Shown: piece after piece, positions 39,800 through 53,850 of the stretch
Numbering within the stretch: the stretch's first letter is position 1
Layout of the letters: the number at the start of each line of letters is the position of its first letter
Origin: Ruditapes philippinarum
Lineage: Eukaryota
Length of the DNA stretch: 64,000 bases
Direction: 5' to 3'
Assembly (NCBI RefSeq): GCF_026571515.1
Contig: NW_026852804.1
Coordinates: forward strand, 186,001-250,000
Position numbers and translations under genes: made by a program
The notes under the pieces: generated by a model
Told to the model about the DNA's origin: nothing
Database searches by the model: none
The model's input: only the letters and a program-made list of their open reading frames with translations

Positions 39800-42700
39800 A
39801 TGGACGGCATGCGTTGTTCTTAACAGTCAACGTGATAGGCCACAACGTTTTGCAGGTAAGTGCCTAATAACAATATGCTTGTGAACGCATATAAAAATTA
39901 TATGGTCTTTTTTATTTTTTGTTAATATTTTAAACTAAATATGAAAAGCTATAAAAAGTATGTTTTGATACGGAAAAGTCTTACATTTCTAGAGATGTAA
40001 ATATCCGGACGCCATTTACAGCACCGTCATATTCCTTTAGTTAAAATGCTCACGTTATCTTTTTAGAATGGCGCTCACATCCAATCTTCGACAAGTCCTG
40101 CCAGTGGCTGACGACCCAGCCACCTTCTTCGTGAGTCCAGGTATTTTGTTCAAGTCAAGCCGAAACTTGCTAGGTCGATCTCACCGACTACGAAACTTCG
40201 CCAAGGCGCCAAATTTTACGAGCGTGGAAGGTCAAAGCCAAAAGATTTTTATCAAAATCGAGCGGGAAAAACAACACACTTGTTTATCACGGTAACATTT
40301 AAAAAGAAAGAATATTGTTGCATTATTAATAATGTGCTTTAAAAATCAATGTTTTGTATCTAGTTAAAACTCCAAATTGGGCAAATTTTACGCTGACCTG
40401 ATACAAATGTCCTAGTTGAAGACAGGGCATAGGTTAAATATTTGTCTTGTATCATAGTTCTAAACACTCGGCAATTTGATTTATACTCAGGGGCTACGCC
40501 CCCTTCGTACAAATCAGATATCCTGTGTTTTCGATGCTCTTTCTATAACTTAGCTACTAGCCTCGTCAGACTGCTAGAGGTTTAACTGTAATTTGAGTTC
40601 CATATATCCTTAAACTGTTGAATTAAAATTGCCAGATTCAATATAGGTACCTCATTTACACAGATTTAGCAGGTTATGTAAAAGTAAGGCATGTCGACTG
40701 AAAATGTCTGAAATACTGCAAAAGTGTTTTTTATGTTTTTAAAAAACGTTTATAATTCTGCCTTAGCCGGTGCTAGGGGGGCGGGACAGTAGCCATGCAG
40801 TTACCAATGCACATACAGGACAGGGTCAATCAGACCTGTCTACAACATTTTCAAATTTTACATTTGTTTTTTGTCGTTTTTAGGGGAATCCGTACTTTTT
40901 TCAATATATATAATTTATAATTAGATATACAGTTTTAATAAAAAACAAAGCGGTTTTTTTTAACGTTCGACGTTTTGTCTTCTTCAGAAAAAATGACCAA
41001 ATTCATATTTTTTTCCTTCTTGTAATACATCTTTTTAAATATGCTTCACGAATACAAAGGAGGACCTGATGGCTTGTGATAAATCATCATTTTATTTTTC
41101 AACTATATTTTTGAATGATTCAATTTTCAAATGTATGAAATAAATAATTGATAACTTTCACACAATGTAAATGATTCATTGTTCTATTTCTTATTCAAAA
41201 CCACCCGACTGAATTTAATTATAAATTCTACATACGGTAATTATTCTTACTTTTTCGAAATAATTTATTATAGTTCTGTATCAATACACTTTAACAAATA
41301 TCCCGGGGAAAGGGAAAATATTTTTTTTGTTTATTTGTAGAATAGCTATGTCTACGAATATCATTATATTAATTGGTATTACCAATTATAATTGTTAATT
41401 CAAGTGTACCATGTGGCTAAAAGTTGTGTACTATTACATAGGTAACAGTATTTTTTCACAGAAAAATCTGAAATATATAAACCTATAGAAATAGTGTTCA
41501 AATGAAGTATTTGTTTGGGGTAATGAAATAAATAACACATAGGTTTGTGAGTAGCATCAAAAATAGTATCCGTAACATTCGGCCAACGCCTCAGGTAACA
41601 GTATTTTTCTGAAAGTACTGTTACTCACAAACCTATGTGTTATTTTTTATAACATTGGAGGTTTTGGCTCAGGTTAAATCTAAACTACAAGATTGTGTTC
41701 AAAGTAGAGTTGGGATTAAATCTTCAAGGAGGTTAACTATCTTAATGATTCCCCCCTTCCCCCACTTTCGAGAAATTTGAGATTTATTGTGCAATAACCC
41801 TTTTTGCATTTAACAGGTATCAAGACATTTGTCAAAGCCATAAAAACATACCATACTCAATTAAGCGGATATCAAATTAATTTGTTGAGTAACACATGAT
41901 TAATGATTCGTTTCCAATAATCAAGATTGAGTTTCAAAAACAATCAATTTTTGTTTCATGGAAATTGACATTTTCTATTAATGATATGTCATACGCTGCT
42001 TTAATATTTCAAGCATACAAGTTTCTACTTTTTACATCTGACTTTTTGTATTTTCTAATTTACTTCACTGCATAAATTCTCTTCTCAAACCTGACCTTTA
42101 CATATTTTTTTTTCCCCAAAAAAGTTTAACAATTACATGACTCTTATTATGGTCTATTAAATTTCAAAATTAAATTAGTTATTTTGTTATAAAAGTGTAC
42201 CATCTTTATCATGTTGAATCTAATAAATGCAATTTTATATATAGCCAGTGTATAAAACGTTTCTTGTTCTTTTTTTTCTGTTTTTCTGGGGTTTTTTTGT
42301 CGCATTAGAGATACAATATAATCACAAAATGACACCATTGTATATTAAAATTCTTAAAAATTCAAACATTACGACCACGTAACTGCAAAAAATTATCTGA
42401 TTAATTTGACATAAAAAGCATTTATTTTGAAACGTTTTATGCTGTTGATTATAGAACGCTTGTTGCTTTTGATAATTACCCGTGAAATGGCCTGCTTTCT
42501 ATGTGCTCCTGCATAATGAATTATCTTTTAATGTCTTTCACGTTCTTTTTATTTCTTTCAGAGATCCAAATCAGCACCTAATTTGAACCGTAAGGAATAT
42601 GTTCCTTCCTACCCACCTTCCCTATCCAAATCGTCAGTTAGTATTCTACACAAAATCGCATTATCTTGCCATAAAACAACCATTTTCTAAGAAGTATCTG

Positions 42701-45700
42701 TTGCCACCAGTACGTACCTTCTACGCCGAGCGTCCCGCCGCCAAACGTGTTGTTGTCCCTGCTCCCGCACCCCGTCAGGTAGTTGTCCCACCCCCGAGGC
42801 AAGAGGTGGTCAAACCAAATGTTTACCATGTCCAGTACAAAGCTTCTCCAAACCAGATAGTTCACAGGACTAAGTTGACAGAAAATATAGGTATGTAATA
42901 TGACATGTTAGTATATTTTCAACATATTCATATTAGTTGTTTTCAAGGGTCTCCCGGTGCTTATGGTAATAACAACAGATGGACATCATCAGTATAGTGT
43001 TTGTTTATACAAAAAATTCAACCCTGATTACAATACTTGGTACTTCTGTTTTTAAGCTCTGTACTATATCCATATGGAGACCAACAATTCAGAAAGCTTA
43101 TTGCATGTTGGGTGATTTTATTTTTGTATGCATCCCTGAACGTCTACACGCTAGCGGAAATAATTATTTATCACTTGAGCAAAACCAGTCTATGTAGTTA
43201 AACAATTCTGTATGCTGAAAATTTGTATTTTTGACATTTATTTAATCATCTAATATCTAAAATTTCAAATCAGCAGAAAATCACGTGAAAACCTTGTAAT
43301 ACAGATAACGCTCCATTGAAACCTTTTGAGGGTCAGTCTTAAAAGTTAGTTACTTATGTTTCTAGAGTCTGGTCTGCCGGCACATCCGGACAAAACATGC
43401 ACAATGGATGCTGGGTTTTATTATGATTATAGTATAAAATCTCTTCATATTAACTATGAGCATTTACGAATTCAGCTGGATAAGTCTAAAATACAAATTT
43501 AGCATATGAAAATCTAGAATGGTAGGTGTATATAAAGAGACATGAATAAACCGACGATTATTTTAATGCGCAATAACCTCGAAACATCTAGTTTAAACTA
43601 GAATTTCAAAACTTGTTTGAAGGCGTAATATGTGTAAAAATAAGAAAGAGATTAGTGTATCCATTTATTCATAAGCAAGCAAAAATAATTAATGTTTCTA
43701 CTTTAATGCTTTTATGATCACAGTAAAAGCAAAGTTATAATATTTTGAATTTACAATGATTTCACGGTATTGCGCGTACAAAATCAAATGCGATTTTAAC
43801 TTTATTAAACTATGTTTTATTTACAATTTAATAAACAACAATGTACATATATTATGTTTGTGTATCAACATATTGTTGTTTTCTTCCCCGTGTATCTAAG
43901 AGAGTGTAGATCAAAAATGATTAAAAAACTTGTTGACATAATACATGCAGTACGAGAAAGTTGTGGTCATTCTTAGAAATGAACATTTAAATGTTCTTAA
44001 AACGCTGCAAAAGCAATTAACATTTTTTATTTATATGAAAAAGAAGATACTGTGGTCTAGTTAATAAATTAAATAGTTTATAGCAATTATTAGAGAGGTA
44101 CTTATTGTTCTGTATTTATTTAAAATTACTGTTTTAAGTGTACTTGAAACTTGTGATTGGATCATGAAATCAATTCTATGGCCATTCACACTGTACCTCT
44201 GCTCTGGCATTGTACAGAAGTAATCTTTCCTTGAAAAGTGAAGGCAATCTAGTACTGGTAAACTGCTTGACAGCCTGCCCAGGAACGATGAGGTGACCTG
44301 AACTGTCCTCTGGTATATATTCAATGTGGCTTTCTGCCGTGATCCGGAGTGAAAACACCAAACACCACCACTTGACCCCGTATTTCTCTTTTCGTATTAA
44401 GAGATACCAGGTATTTCATAGAAAAATTGCAAAGTTGACGTGCTAAAGCTATTTTTAACGTTTTAATTTTTATAATAACTGTAATTTAGTACAAATCATT
44501 TGGTTTCTTTTACAGATGAAGATTTCAGGTTGCAAACAACAAACACGAGTCAGTATCAAAAATACATATCAAAACTACCGCAGCTACGAGGAACCCGTGC
44601 ATACAACATACAGGTCGTACGAGGGAACCCGTTGCAAACCACACATATCGAACCTATGAGGAGCTATCCAAACTACTCTGTCAAACTACCCAAGCTAGAG
44701 TAGTGCGACCACAAATCTTCTTATGTATACAGAATATCAAATAGTGATGGTGAGCACTCGTGAACATTTTCTTAAATTAAATACAATTAGCCAACTCATA
44801 AATTCCACGTTTGACAGTTAGAAATTGATTAGATTAAGTAGTATTCCTTATAAGTTATATATAGTGTGTTTATAACTACTTCTCGTAGATCGTCTTCCTT
44901 TAACTCCGTCTATTTTTTGTACCTTCAACTTTTTTTCCCATAATAAAAAAAGTCGTTCTGCCAGACATCATTTTATAGCCCTTTATTCAAAAATTTAATA
45001 TGTTACATTTAATATTGATATAATAATTGCATTACGCTTTAGCTTGTCTATTTCCACTGTTCAGTGAATTACCTTCATAAAAAATCAATTGTGATGTGTC
45101 GAACTTTCTGTTAAAGACCATCTGTAATCAGCAACCACCTTTCTCTGAAGATTATAATTCTATCTCAAGTGTCGTAAAAAAACCAACCTGTTATAAGGAG
45201 CACTGTCTGCAAGAACCACAATATGATTCTTCTGAAAGGCAAAATAGGACTCGCCATGATATATTCTAACTCGCTTGTAAGACCATATATACAAATTTAT
45301 AGGGGCATATCTTAGTTATACTGGTGTCCCCTGCTAACAAGTGCTACACCTGCCAAAAGAAACATGGTCTTTAAGGATTAGGTGGTTCCTTTCATGAGAT
45401 TTGTACTTAAGTAGATAAAAATTGACGTTTTTTTTAACAGTAGAACTCTTCGGCTTAGCTTCTGACTCTTCCATTGTCCTATGGTTTTCAGGTGGCGGAC
45501 TTCAGGCAGCAAGAATGGTAAGGAAATAAATCCATGGGGTATTGAAATTGTAATCTTTTTTGAAAGTCGGTCGCACATTTATAGTCAGAAGTCATGCTTT
45601 TTACTTTTTACATCTAATCTAGGATACTTTTCTTTATATCTAACCAACTCTATATATATTTATAGATAAACATAGGTTGAATAATTCAAATAGTCCATAA

Positions 45701-47781
45701 CTCTTCAAAACGATTGAATTAATAATTTTATTTAATTTTTTTTCTTAATACTGTAAACTAACAAGTTCAGCTTAAATGTTTATCTCCATGAGGCCAATGT
45801 CTGTGTTTGAACATGGAAGTTTGATACTCTAATCTGCAGTTTGGTAAGAGACACGAGGTGTTTCTGACGGGTTTTTACTGAGTTCATCTCATGCATTTGG
45901 GGTAGTTTTGACAGGTTTATGTTAACTTAAACAAAAACAACCTTAATAAGAAAATAAAAAAGTTGCAAGACGTTTTGGGTATCTACGTATTATTGGTATA
46001 TTTGTTTCTCAAAATAATTATAATTGAGGTTGCGGTTATTGTAACGCATGCGCATTTCGTATCTTCATTTTGTTTTCGCCTTTCTTCTGTTGATATTTAA
46101 CATTTCTTTCTGAAATTCATAATCGGAAAACAGACAATTTTTGTTATGATAATTAGCGTGACGAATACATTTTATATTCAGGTAACTTTATTCCTTCGTC
46201 CACAGCCATTTATATATAATTAGAATAAGATATAAAATGTTTGATTGCCGTTTTTACATGTTGCACAGCAATACACGTTTTTATTTGCTCTTGTGCCACA
46301 TGTGACACATGGTAAAGTGAAAATACTTACTTAAAATCACGTCACGGTGTTAAACATAGACAATTACATAATAATTTGACTGACTTAACAAAATAATATG
46401 TCAGACAGTATGCATGGTGGTATTTTCTTAAAAAAAAGAGTATATTTATCTGAGTAAAAGGATTTTAAAAATAATTTTACCATTGCATTTTCTATATAAG
46501 ATACCCGCTTCACTTAGTTTGCGTGTTGATATTTTTTGTGTTAACCTTTATTTGGCTTTAACGTGTTTTTATCTTATTCACTTCATAAACTACTGTTGAG
46601 GTTCAGCATTTTCAGGTTATGATATTTTATATAGTTAGATAGCGATATCATAATGTTGTCACAATGTTTGCCCATGCCAGTAAACGCCTTTCAGCTGGCC
46701 TTACGATGCATTTTAAATTTCTTCGTCACATAATGTTTGATATTAAAAATTTTTAAGATCAGATACCTATTATCAAACTGTATAATGATTTTACATGTAA
46801 ATAGAACTTCGCGTACAGACCTTCTACAATTTCTTAAACTTACTCAATATCTGGATCCTAATTCTTATATTTCTTTACATCTTTAATTTGAACTTTCATC
46901 AATGTTTAGATAAAACTTTTTAGTACATGCCAGAAATAATACAGATATATTTGATAACACATTTCTATTTTTCTTTAAGGTCTGGAGAAACTACTGGAAT
47001 AAATGTAAGTATCTTATTTTTGTAGGTAAGTTACACGGATGTAAATCAGGTGTGGCTGATTTAGAAAAGCCTGTAGAGCGCATCCACGTGCGTGCGCCTA
47101 CGTAAAAACACCGACCTGTTTTTAGAGAGTGTCAAATTAATGAACTATAGTTTTTGTGTTAATTAAGACATCTTTAATACTTATCATGATGAATAAAAGG
47201 ATTATCCAACGAAATTACTGATCTTCTTAACTATTTGTTTAAGTTTCTGTATAGGCAGGTCACTATAGTAAAATATCGGACCGATGACATCAACCTGCAG
47301 TTATATTTCATAAATACGCCCAACCTACCATATGTGTGAATATTTAATTTAGTTATGATATAACACTTTATGCGCGCAGGTGTTATTTTGGTCTTTTAAG
47401 CATTGTTTCTTTTTCTCTTTCAGACTCAGCTTTTGACAGCACCAGAAGGGGAAAGCGCTTTTCAAAAGAGAACCACCCATACAATTATTACGATGAATAC
47501 ACAGACCGAGGCCCGCGTCTTCTAAGCGGAAACAGAACTGAACAAACCGTAGCAGGACGACTGGCACAATAATAGATTACGTAGAAGAAGGGTCAAGTCA
47601 GAGATCTAGTAATAGGGTTCATCAGTGGAGCGGCACTTCCGGTACAGGTGTTGGTAACGGTCATCAGCACTACAAATGCTGCAGGAGGCGTCAAAAACTC
47701 ATAAACTCGTCAGCACTGAATGCTCTTGACAACCTACTGGGTGATAATGCACCGTCGAATAAGTCCAGTAAGCTCAAGTAG
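39800..47781 (+). CDS. Multi-exon low-complexity Pro/Val/Tyr/Arg-rich repeat protein (structural/secreted type); frame-disrupted in this sequence
   Basis: Exons with canonical splice sites: ..39855|GTAAG, 40067-40291, 42562-42890 (RVVVPAPAPRQVVVPPPRQEVVKP), 42948-42965 (18 nt), 44516-44749 (YRSYEEPVxTT repeats), 45492-45517 (26 nt), 46980-47004 (25 nt), 47424-~47781. Splice phases chain from 40068 to 47572 with only two in-frame stops (42584, 44701). Confidence 0.65.
40435..40555. repeat. Degenerate foldback element
   Basis: tgatttatactcaggggc-tac-gcccccttcgtacaaatca forms an imperfect hairpin. Confidence 0.45.
41531..41644. repeat. Foldback palindrome with perfect 23-bp arms
   Basis: aataacacataggtttgtgagta ... 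tactcacaaacctatgtgttatt. Confidence 0.8.
44170..44372 (+). mobile_element. SINE body/tail (5'-truncated)
   Basis: ttccttg(t)aaaagtgaag.caa(t)ctagtactggtaaactgcttg.cagc is shared with 62930-63125. Confidence 0.7.
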
Positions 47782-49708
47782 CTCCAGAAAAGTACAGTAG
47801 CAATTAGCACAAAGTCGTCAGAAGGAAGTCTTAAGTTAAGAAAAACATGGCCGCCCTTAAGACTCTTTACAATCCTTAAGACTTACAAGCTCTGCCAAAA
47901 ATAAGTGTTCAAAACTAATGGTCACTCTCTTTAATGATGCCAAAATATATTTAGATTTTAAGAAAATACAGTGTACACGATTTATACAAACATTTTACGG
48001 GCATCTACAATCATGACATATAAATATTACGTACATGATTCTTCAAATCAACAGGATAAAACTGATATAAACAGTTAAGGTCAGATAAAAAGTTAATTAT
48101 TTACATATTCGTATAGGGAACACCTTTCAACGTGCGTTCCGCTTAGTTTTTGAATTTAATGCATTTTACTCTTCGCTTTCACATAATTACTATTGCATGT
48201 GAACTTTATAAATTGAAGAATCAAATAAAACACCTTAATTTGCCTTATTGAAATCAACGGATGTCGTCGTGGGACATGTTTTCCTACGCTTTCAGAAACT
48301 GCTCTCACGATAATAATCAATTATTCATTAGCCATGTTTAGCTGTGTTCAATCAATCCAATACCTTTCCTCGTTGTTGTTGACATTTCGACGCCATTGTT
48401 GTTAAAAAATATTGTCATTTACTTATGCGACTGATTACACAGTTTTGCTTTACCTTACGCCACTGATTTTACTTCGCCTTAGACATATATTTGCAACAGC
48501 CGGTAGCCTCCCTTTTATTCGATTTTCAAATTTTAATAATATGTTGCTATTGACATGTAGATATGTGCGTTCAGAGATGTGTAGAATGTGGTTCAAAGTG
48601 CATAGCTTTGATAAAAATAGGCATGCATGATAACAGAAGGAATAATATAGATTTTATTGAATTTACCATTCGTATTTTTTTCTGCATATATGTTATTTTG
48701 TGTTATGCGGAAAACTTGAAACAATAAAATTTATATAAACACTTTGTATTTCAAAAGATATAGTGTAAATGTATTAACATGCATTATCTAATATATCAAG
48801 CATGCTATTGAATTCTATTGAAAATTTTATGGGACTGTATTGGGTGTGCACTTTACTGTAGATTGTATTGTTATATTTGCATTCTCAAAAAATGTTAACT
48901 CACAGAAATGCAAAAAAAATATGCATATAATAATTGTATTTAACTAGATCATTCACTAATTGAAAAATATAAGCTGTGTTTTAAGATGAAAGGTACATTG
49001 AGTTAGCCATAAATATTGACATAAGTTTAGAGCTCTAAATATACGCACGTTTCCGAGCTATATTTTTACTCATTTGTCACAAAGTTTCCGCGAAATCGCT
49101 TCCCGTATTCCAAACGGAGCTTTACTTATTGCTGCAGATGTATATATTACCACCATTGTTTTATCCGGCCATTTCATTAACATCATAGATCAAGTTCGAA
49201 TACAAAATCACATTAAAAAAAATATCAATCAGGATTTTCTACCGTATATTTTCTTACACAAGATATTGAGCTAACGAGAATTCACGGAAACATCCAGAAA
49301 TGGACCGATAATATATACTCATTGTCTTGCTATTACTCATATTATATAAGTTTATCCAGATGATATATTTGTTATTTATTTCTGGTTTATTTACATGAAA
49401 AGCTTTGTTTATGTTAACAAATTTAATAAAATACTATATTATAGAAATACTATGTTTTCTGTTTGCTTCACCTGTCACATCAATGATCATACAAGATGGA
49501 TAACGCATCCTGGGGTATCTTCATATAAATTATAATGCTACAATGGCTGGATAGATGCTTCGTGATCGAGGAAGGATTCCAGTCCGATCGAGGAGAATAA
49601 TTACTTCTTTGAGCAAGAAATATACCCTGCCAAGTATATGACATTATTTGTACATGTAGTACTGAACACATGTAGCATGAAATCGTTGGAAACAAAATAT
49701 CCATGTCC

Positions 49709-50478
49709 TTTTTATATGCCCGAACAAATTTCGGGCATATTATGTTATACCCACTGGCGTCCGTCCGTCCGTGAGCAATTTGGTCTCCGGAGCATAACTT
49801 AAGCTCCATTTGGCCCACAATATTCAAACTTCATAGGATGATTGTCCATATTGGGTAGAAGACCCCTATTGATTTTGGGGTCTCAAGGTCAAAGGTCAAG
49901 GTCATTATTACTTTAAAACTGAAAACAGTTTCCGGAGCATAACTTAAGTTCCATATGGCCCACAATATTCAAACTTCATAAGATGATGTTCCATATTGGG
50001 TAGAAAGACATCTATTGATTTTGGCCCGGTCAACAAGGTCAAAGGTCAAGGTCCACTTCGTTTTCTTAAATCTGAAAACAGCTTCCGGAGCATAACTTAA
50101 GTTCCATGTGGCCCACAGTGTTCAATCTTCATAGGATGATTGTCCATATCGGGTAGCAGACCCCTATTGATTTTGGGGTAAGAAGGTCAAGGTCACTGTT
50201 ACTTTACAACTGAAAACAGTTTCCGGGGCATAACTTAAGGTCTATTTGTCCCACAATATTCAAACTTAATACGATGAGTGTCCATATTGGGTAGAAGACC
50301 CCTATTGATTTTGGGGTCGCAAGGTAAAAGGTCAAGGTCACTATTAATTTAAAACTGAAAACAGTTTCTGGAGCATAACTTAAGGTGTTTTTGGCCCACA
50401 ATATTTAACTTTCATAGGATGATTGTCCATATTATAGATTCACGGTGCCATACCGATTACAATACTTTGTCAACTAGT
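49709..50478 (+). mobile_element. HINE / DINE-1-like Helentron-associated element
   Basis: T-run start, hairpin atatgcccgaa-caaat-ttcgggcatat (49714-40), (GTCC)n microsatellite at 49759-72, ~4.5 core repeats of 138-153 bp (starting 49786, 49931, 50084, 50222, 50367), ending ctagt. Confidence 0.88.
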
Positions 50479-50989
50479 AGCGTGTGACTGTAAAAGTTTG
50501 TTTGTATGTCCGGATTTAACTGGAAAAAAACACACTAAAATTGTCTTATTCCGGACTAAGTCTATTGGTCGTGGCGTCTTTTTCATCGTTTTAAATATCA
50601 GGTATATGAGTAAATATTGAGCAATTATTTGATGGTGATAATCGACCCTCGGGCCATTATTCATGTTTTGCGTTGCCGATTATCACCTTCGGCCCTACTC
50701 TGTCGTGTATTAATCTCTAAATTAGCATTAAACAATTCAAATTATTACCACAATTGTTGAAATGTATAATAATAATAAAATAATAATAATAAAAATAATA
50801 ATAATAATAAAGACTTTATTTAACGAGAGAACTCATTTTGAAACAAACATATACAATCTTCCATGAGGCCTCAAACAAGGAACAATGTAAATTTAACATA
50901 AATATATTCAAACTATTAAAATACATAAATGTAAAAAACATAACAGGAGATTATCAATTTGCATACATGGATGTGTGATAATACCTCAA

Positions 50990-53850
50990 GTATAAGGTTT
51001 TAAAATGGTTAACAGATGTAGCAGACTTAATATAATCAGGAAGGCCATTCCAAATACAAGATCCAGAAATAAACAAAAAGACTTACGAAATTGTTCAGTA
51101 ATTTGTCTAGGGGTATAAAGTTGAAAAATCAGATGATGAATGCAAAATGCGAGTATGAACATCTGACGATAAAAATGAAATTATTCAATAAGTTAGGTAG
51201 GCGCGCTGATTATTCATTATTTTAAACATCATAGTAGCTTTTTGAAAAAACAACCCTCTGTGAAAAAGGTCATCCAGCGGAGTTCAGAAAAAAGTTCAGC
51301 AGATGGAGTGTCATAATCTTTGTCTAGAATTAGTCTTGCAGCTCTCTTTTGGAACTTAATGAGTTTATCTTCTAGAAAAGACGTACAAGTACCGTAAATT
51401 ATGCAACAATAGTTAAGATGTGGTAAAATATATGCATTGTAAAATATTTACGTACAGGTACAGATATGAATAATTTAATACGTGATAATAAATGTAACAA
51501 TGAGTTACACTTTTTAAGAACATTATCAATATGGCTTTGCCAAGACAAGGTGTTATTAATTGTAATACCCAATTAATTTTTTTCTTCAGAGCTACAAAAA
51601 ATTTGCTCTGTTTTATATAGAATACAAGGATTACTTTCATGGATATAATTATGCTTGTGTTTTGAGGAAATATACATGACCTTAGTTTTTTTTAACATTG
51701 ATAGACATGCGATTCAAATCACACCATTTGTTGGCATTTAAAAGATCATGAGTAAGAGATTCAACTACTCTGTTTAGGGATACATCAGAGGTTGAAAGGG
51801 TAGTGTCATCAGCAAAAATATCAGTTTTCTGTTTTTTTCCATAGACAAAGGCAGGTCATTGATATAGATTAAAAAACAGTATAGGACCTAGCACTGAGCC
51901 CTGAGGAACTCCAGTAGTTACTGAACTTGACTCTGAAATATAAACCGGATATGTAAGTTTGTTGGGTTCTGCAATCTAAATAGGGAGGAAAACCAAGCAA
52001 CTGATGAAGGGTCTAGGTTATACATTCTAAGCTTTTCAATAATAATAGAGTGATCCACATAGTCAAAAGCTTTAGAGAGATCAAGGAAAATTGAACCAAC
52101 TATTTCATTTTTGTCAATAGCTGTAATCCAGTCATCAATAATTCGAATCAATGCTGTTTGACATGAATGATTTTGACCTGAATCCAGACTGACGTTTGGT
52201 AAAGAAGTTGATTTTTCTCAAGGTATTGCTTTAAATGTGAACTGACATGACGTTCAAGAATAAGTGATATCAAGGGAAAGTATGGAAATAGGCCTATAGT
52301 TTCTTTTATCACTTTTAGAACCCTTTTTATGTATAGGAATGACTTTTGCATTTTTGAATGATTTAGGAAATGTTTTGACAACTTTTGTTTAGAATACTGT
52401 TATTGAATATAGTGGTAAGTATGGGAGCAATAATATGAGCCGATAACTTTAGAAACCTTGCACTGAGACCATCTGACCCACATGACTTTGTAATATCAAT
52501 CGATTTTAATTGGTTCAACACATAAGAGAACTCTATTTTAGGTATTTTGAAAGGGGGTATATGCTGAAGTTAAGATGCATTTACTTCAACAAGCTCAGGA
52601 TTTTCATAACCAGTCTGATTAATGGCATGATGGGATTGGTGGAGATTTGCAAATTGTCTGTTGAATAAAATTTGCAGTGATTAAAGGGTCAGAAACCGGG
52701 TTGCCATCATCATCATCAATAAAATGTGTTTGAACCTTGGATTTGTAACCAGATAATTCATTTAGACCAGTCCATAATTTCTTTGGGTTGTGTTTGTTTT
52801 GATTGATAGTATCATTATAATATTGTCGCTTAGAATCATATATGACAGACTTAACGTGTTGTTTCCATATGTTGTAATTATATGTGTCATTAACTCTTAT
52901 GAAACTGGTGTTTTGTTTTAATAGCATCGAGGATGTTTTTATTAATCCAGTTTGGTTTGGGTGACCTTCTTTACTCGTTTTTTTTCTGGTTGGTGCATGT
53001 TTTTCAAGGACAGACAAAAATTTATCAGTGAACAAATCTATTGAGTTATCTTGATTTTCTACAAATGCTACTTCTGACCAGAGTTGCTCTGACAATTCGG
53101 TTAAAAATCGATTTTCATCAAAGTGTTTAAGAGACCGGGAAGGTTATTGTCTTATGCATGGGACCTTTAACACTGATATTTGAAAAAGTTTGCGTGTAAG
53201 ACAAATGGGAAAATGGTCACTAATGGATAAGGAAGGTACAAAAACATCGACTACATTTTGAGGCATGTTTGAAAATGCATGAATCTATCAATGTAGCAGA
53301 GCTTGAAGTTACTCTGGTAGGAGATTCAAGCAAGCTGAGAAAAATTTACAGACTGCATTAGATCTAACCAAGATTTAGAACAATTATCATGCTTTAAAAT
53401 ATCATAGTTAAAAATCTTCAATAACAATACATTCTTTTTCCTCTAAATAAGATTTTTCTAAGGATATAGCAAAATTATCAAGCCACTCAACTTTAGAAGA
53501 TGGTGGTTCTGTATGCATAACACAATAATAAACGATTTACATTTAGGCTGTTTAAGTTCAAGCCAAATGGATTCAATAGAAATACTTTCTAAATCAGATC
53601 TATGTACAAAGATAAACAGTCTCTAACATAAATAATTAAAACCGCCTCCATTGGAAGGCCTGTCCTTGCGAAAAAGTGTAAAATTGTCCAACTGTAGTTC
53701 ATTGTCTAGAAAATTTACATTTAGAAACGTTTCACATAAACAGAGTATATCAATTTTTTGTTCTGAAATTATTAATTTTGAGTTCGTCTAATTTTGGGTA
53801 CAAATAGTGAATGTTAAGATGTAGTATGTTTCAAACCCTTTATGCGTGTA
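50990..53850 (-). pseudogene. LINE ORF2: apurinic endonuclease + reverse transcriptase, many frameshifts
   Basis: LHLNIHYLYPKLDEL, DILCLCETFL, FRKDRPSNGGGLIIYV, SISDHFPI (APE); GSIFLDLSKAFDYVDH, TGVPQGSVLGPIL, IFADDTT (RT). Confidence 0.93.

Noticed and set aside
40109-44703. In-frame TGA/TAG codons as selenocysteine or readthrough
   Set aside because: The stops are of mixed type, no SECIS was recognised, and compensating indels explain them better.
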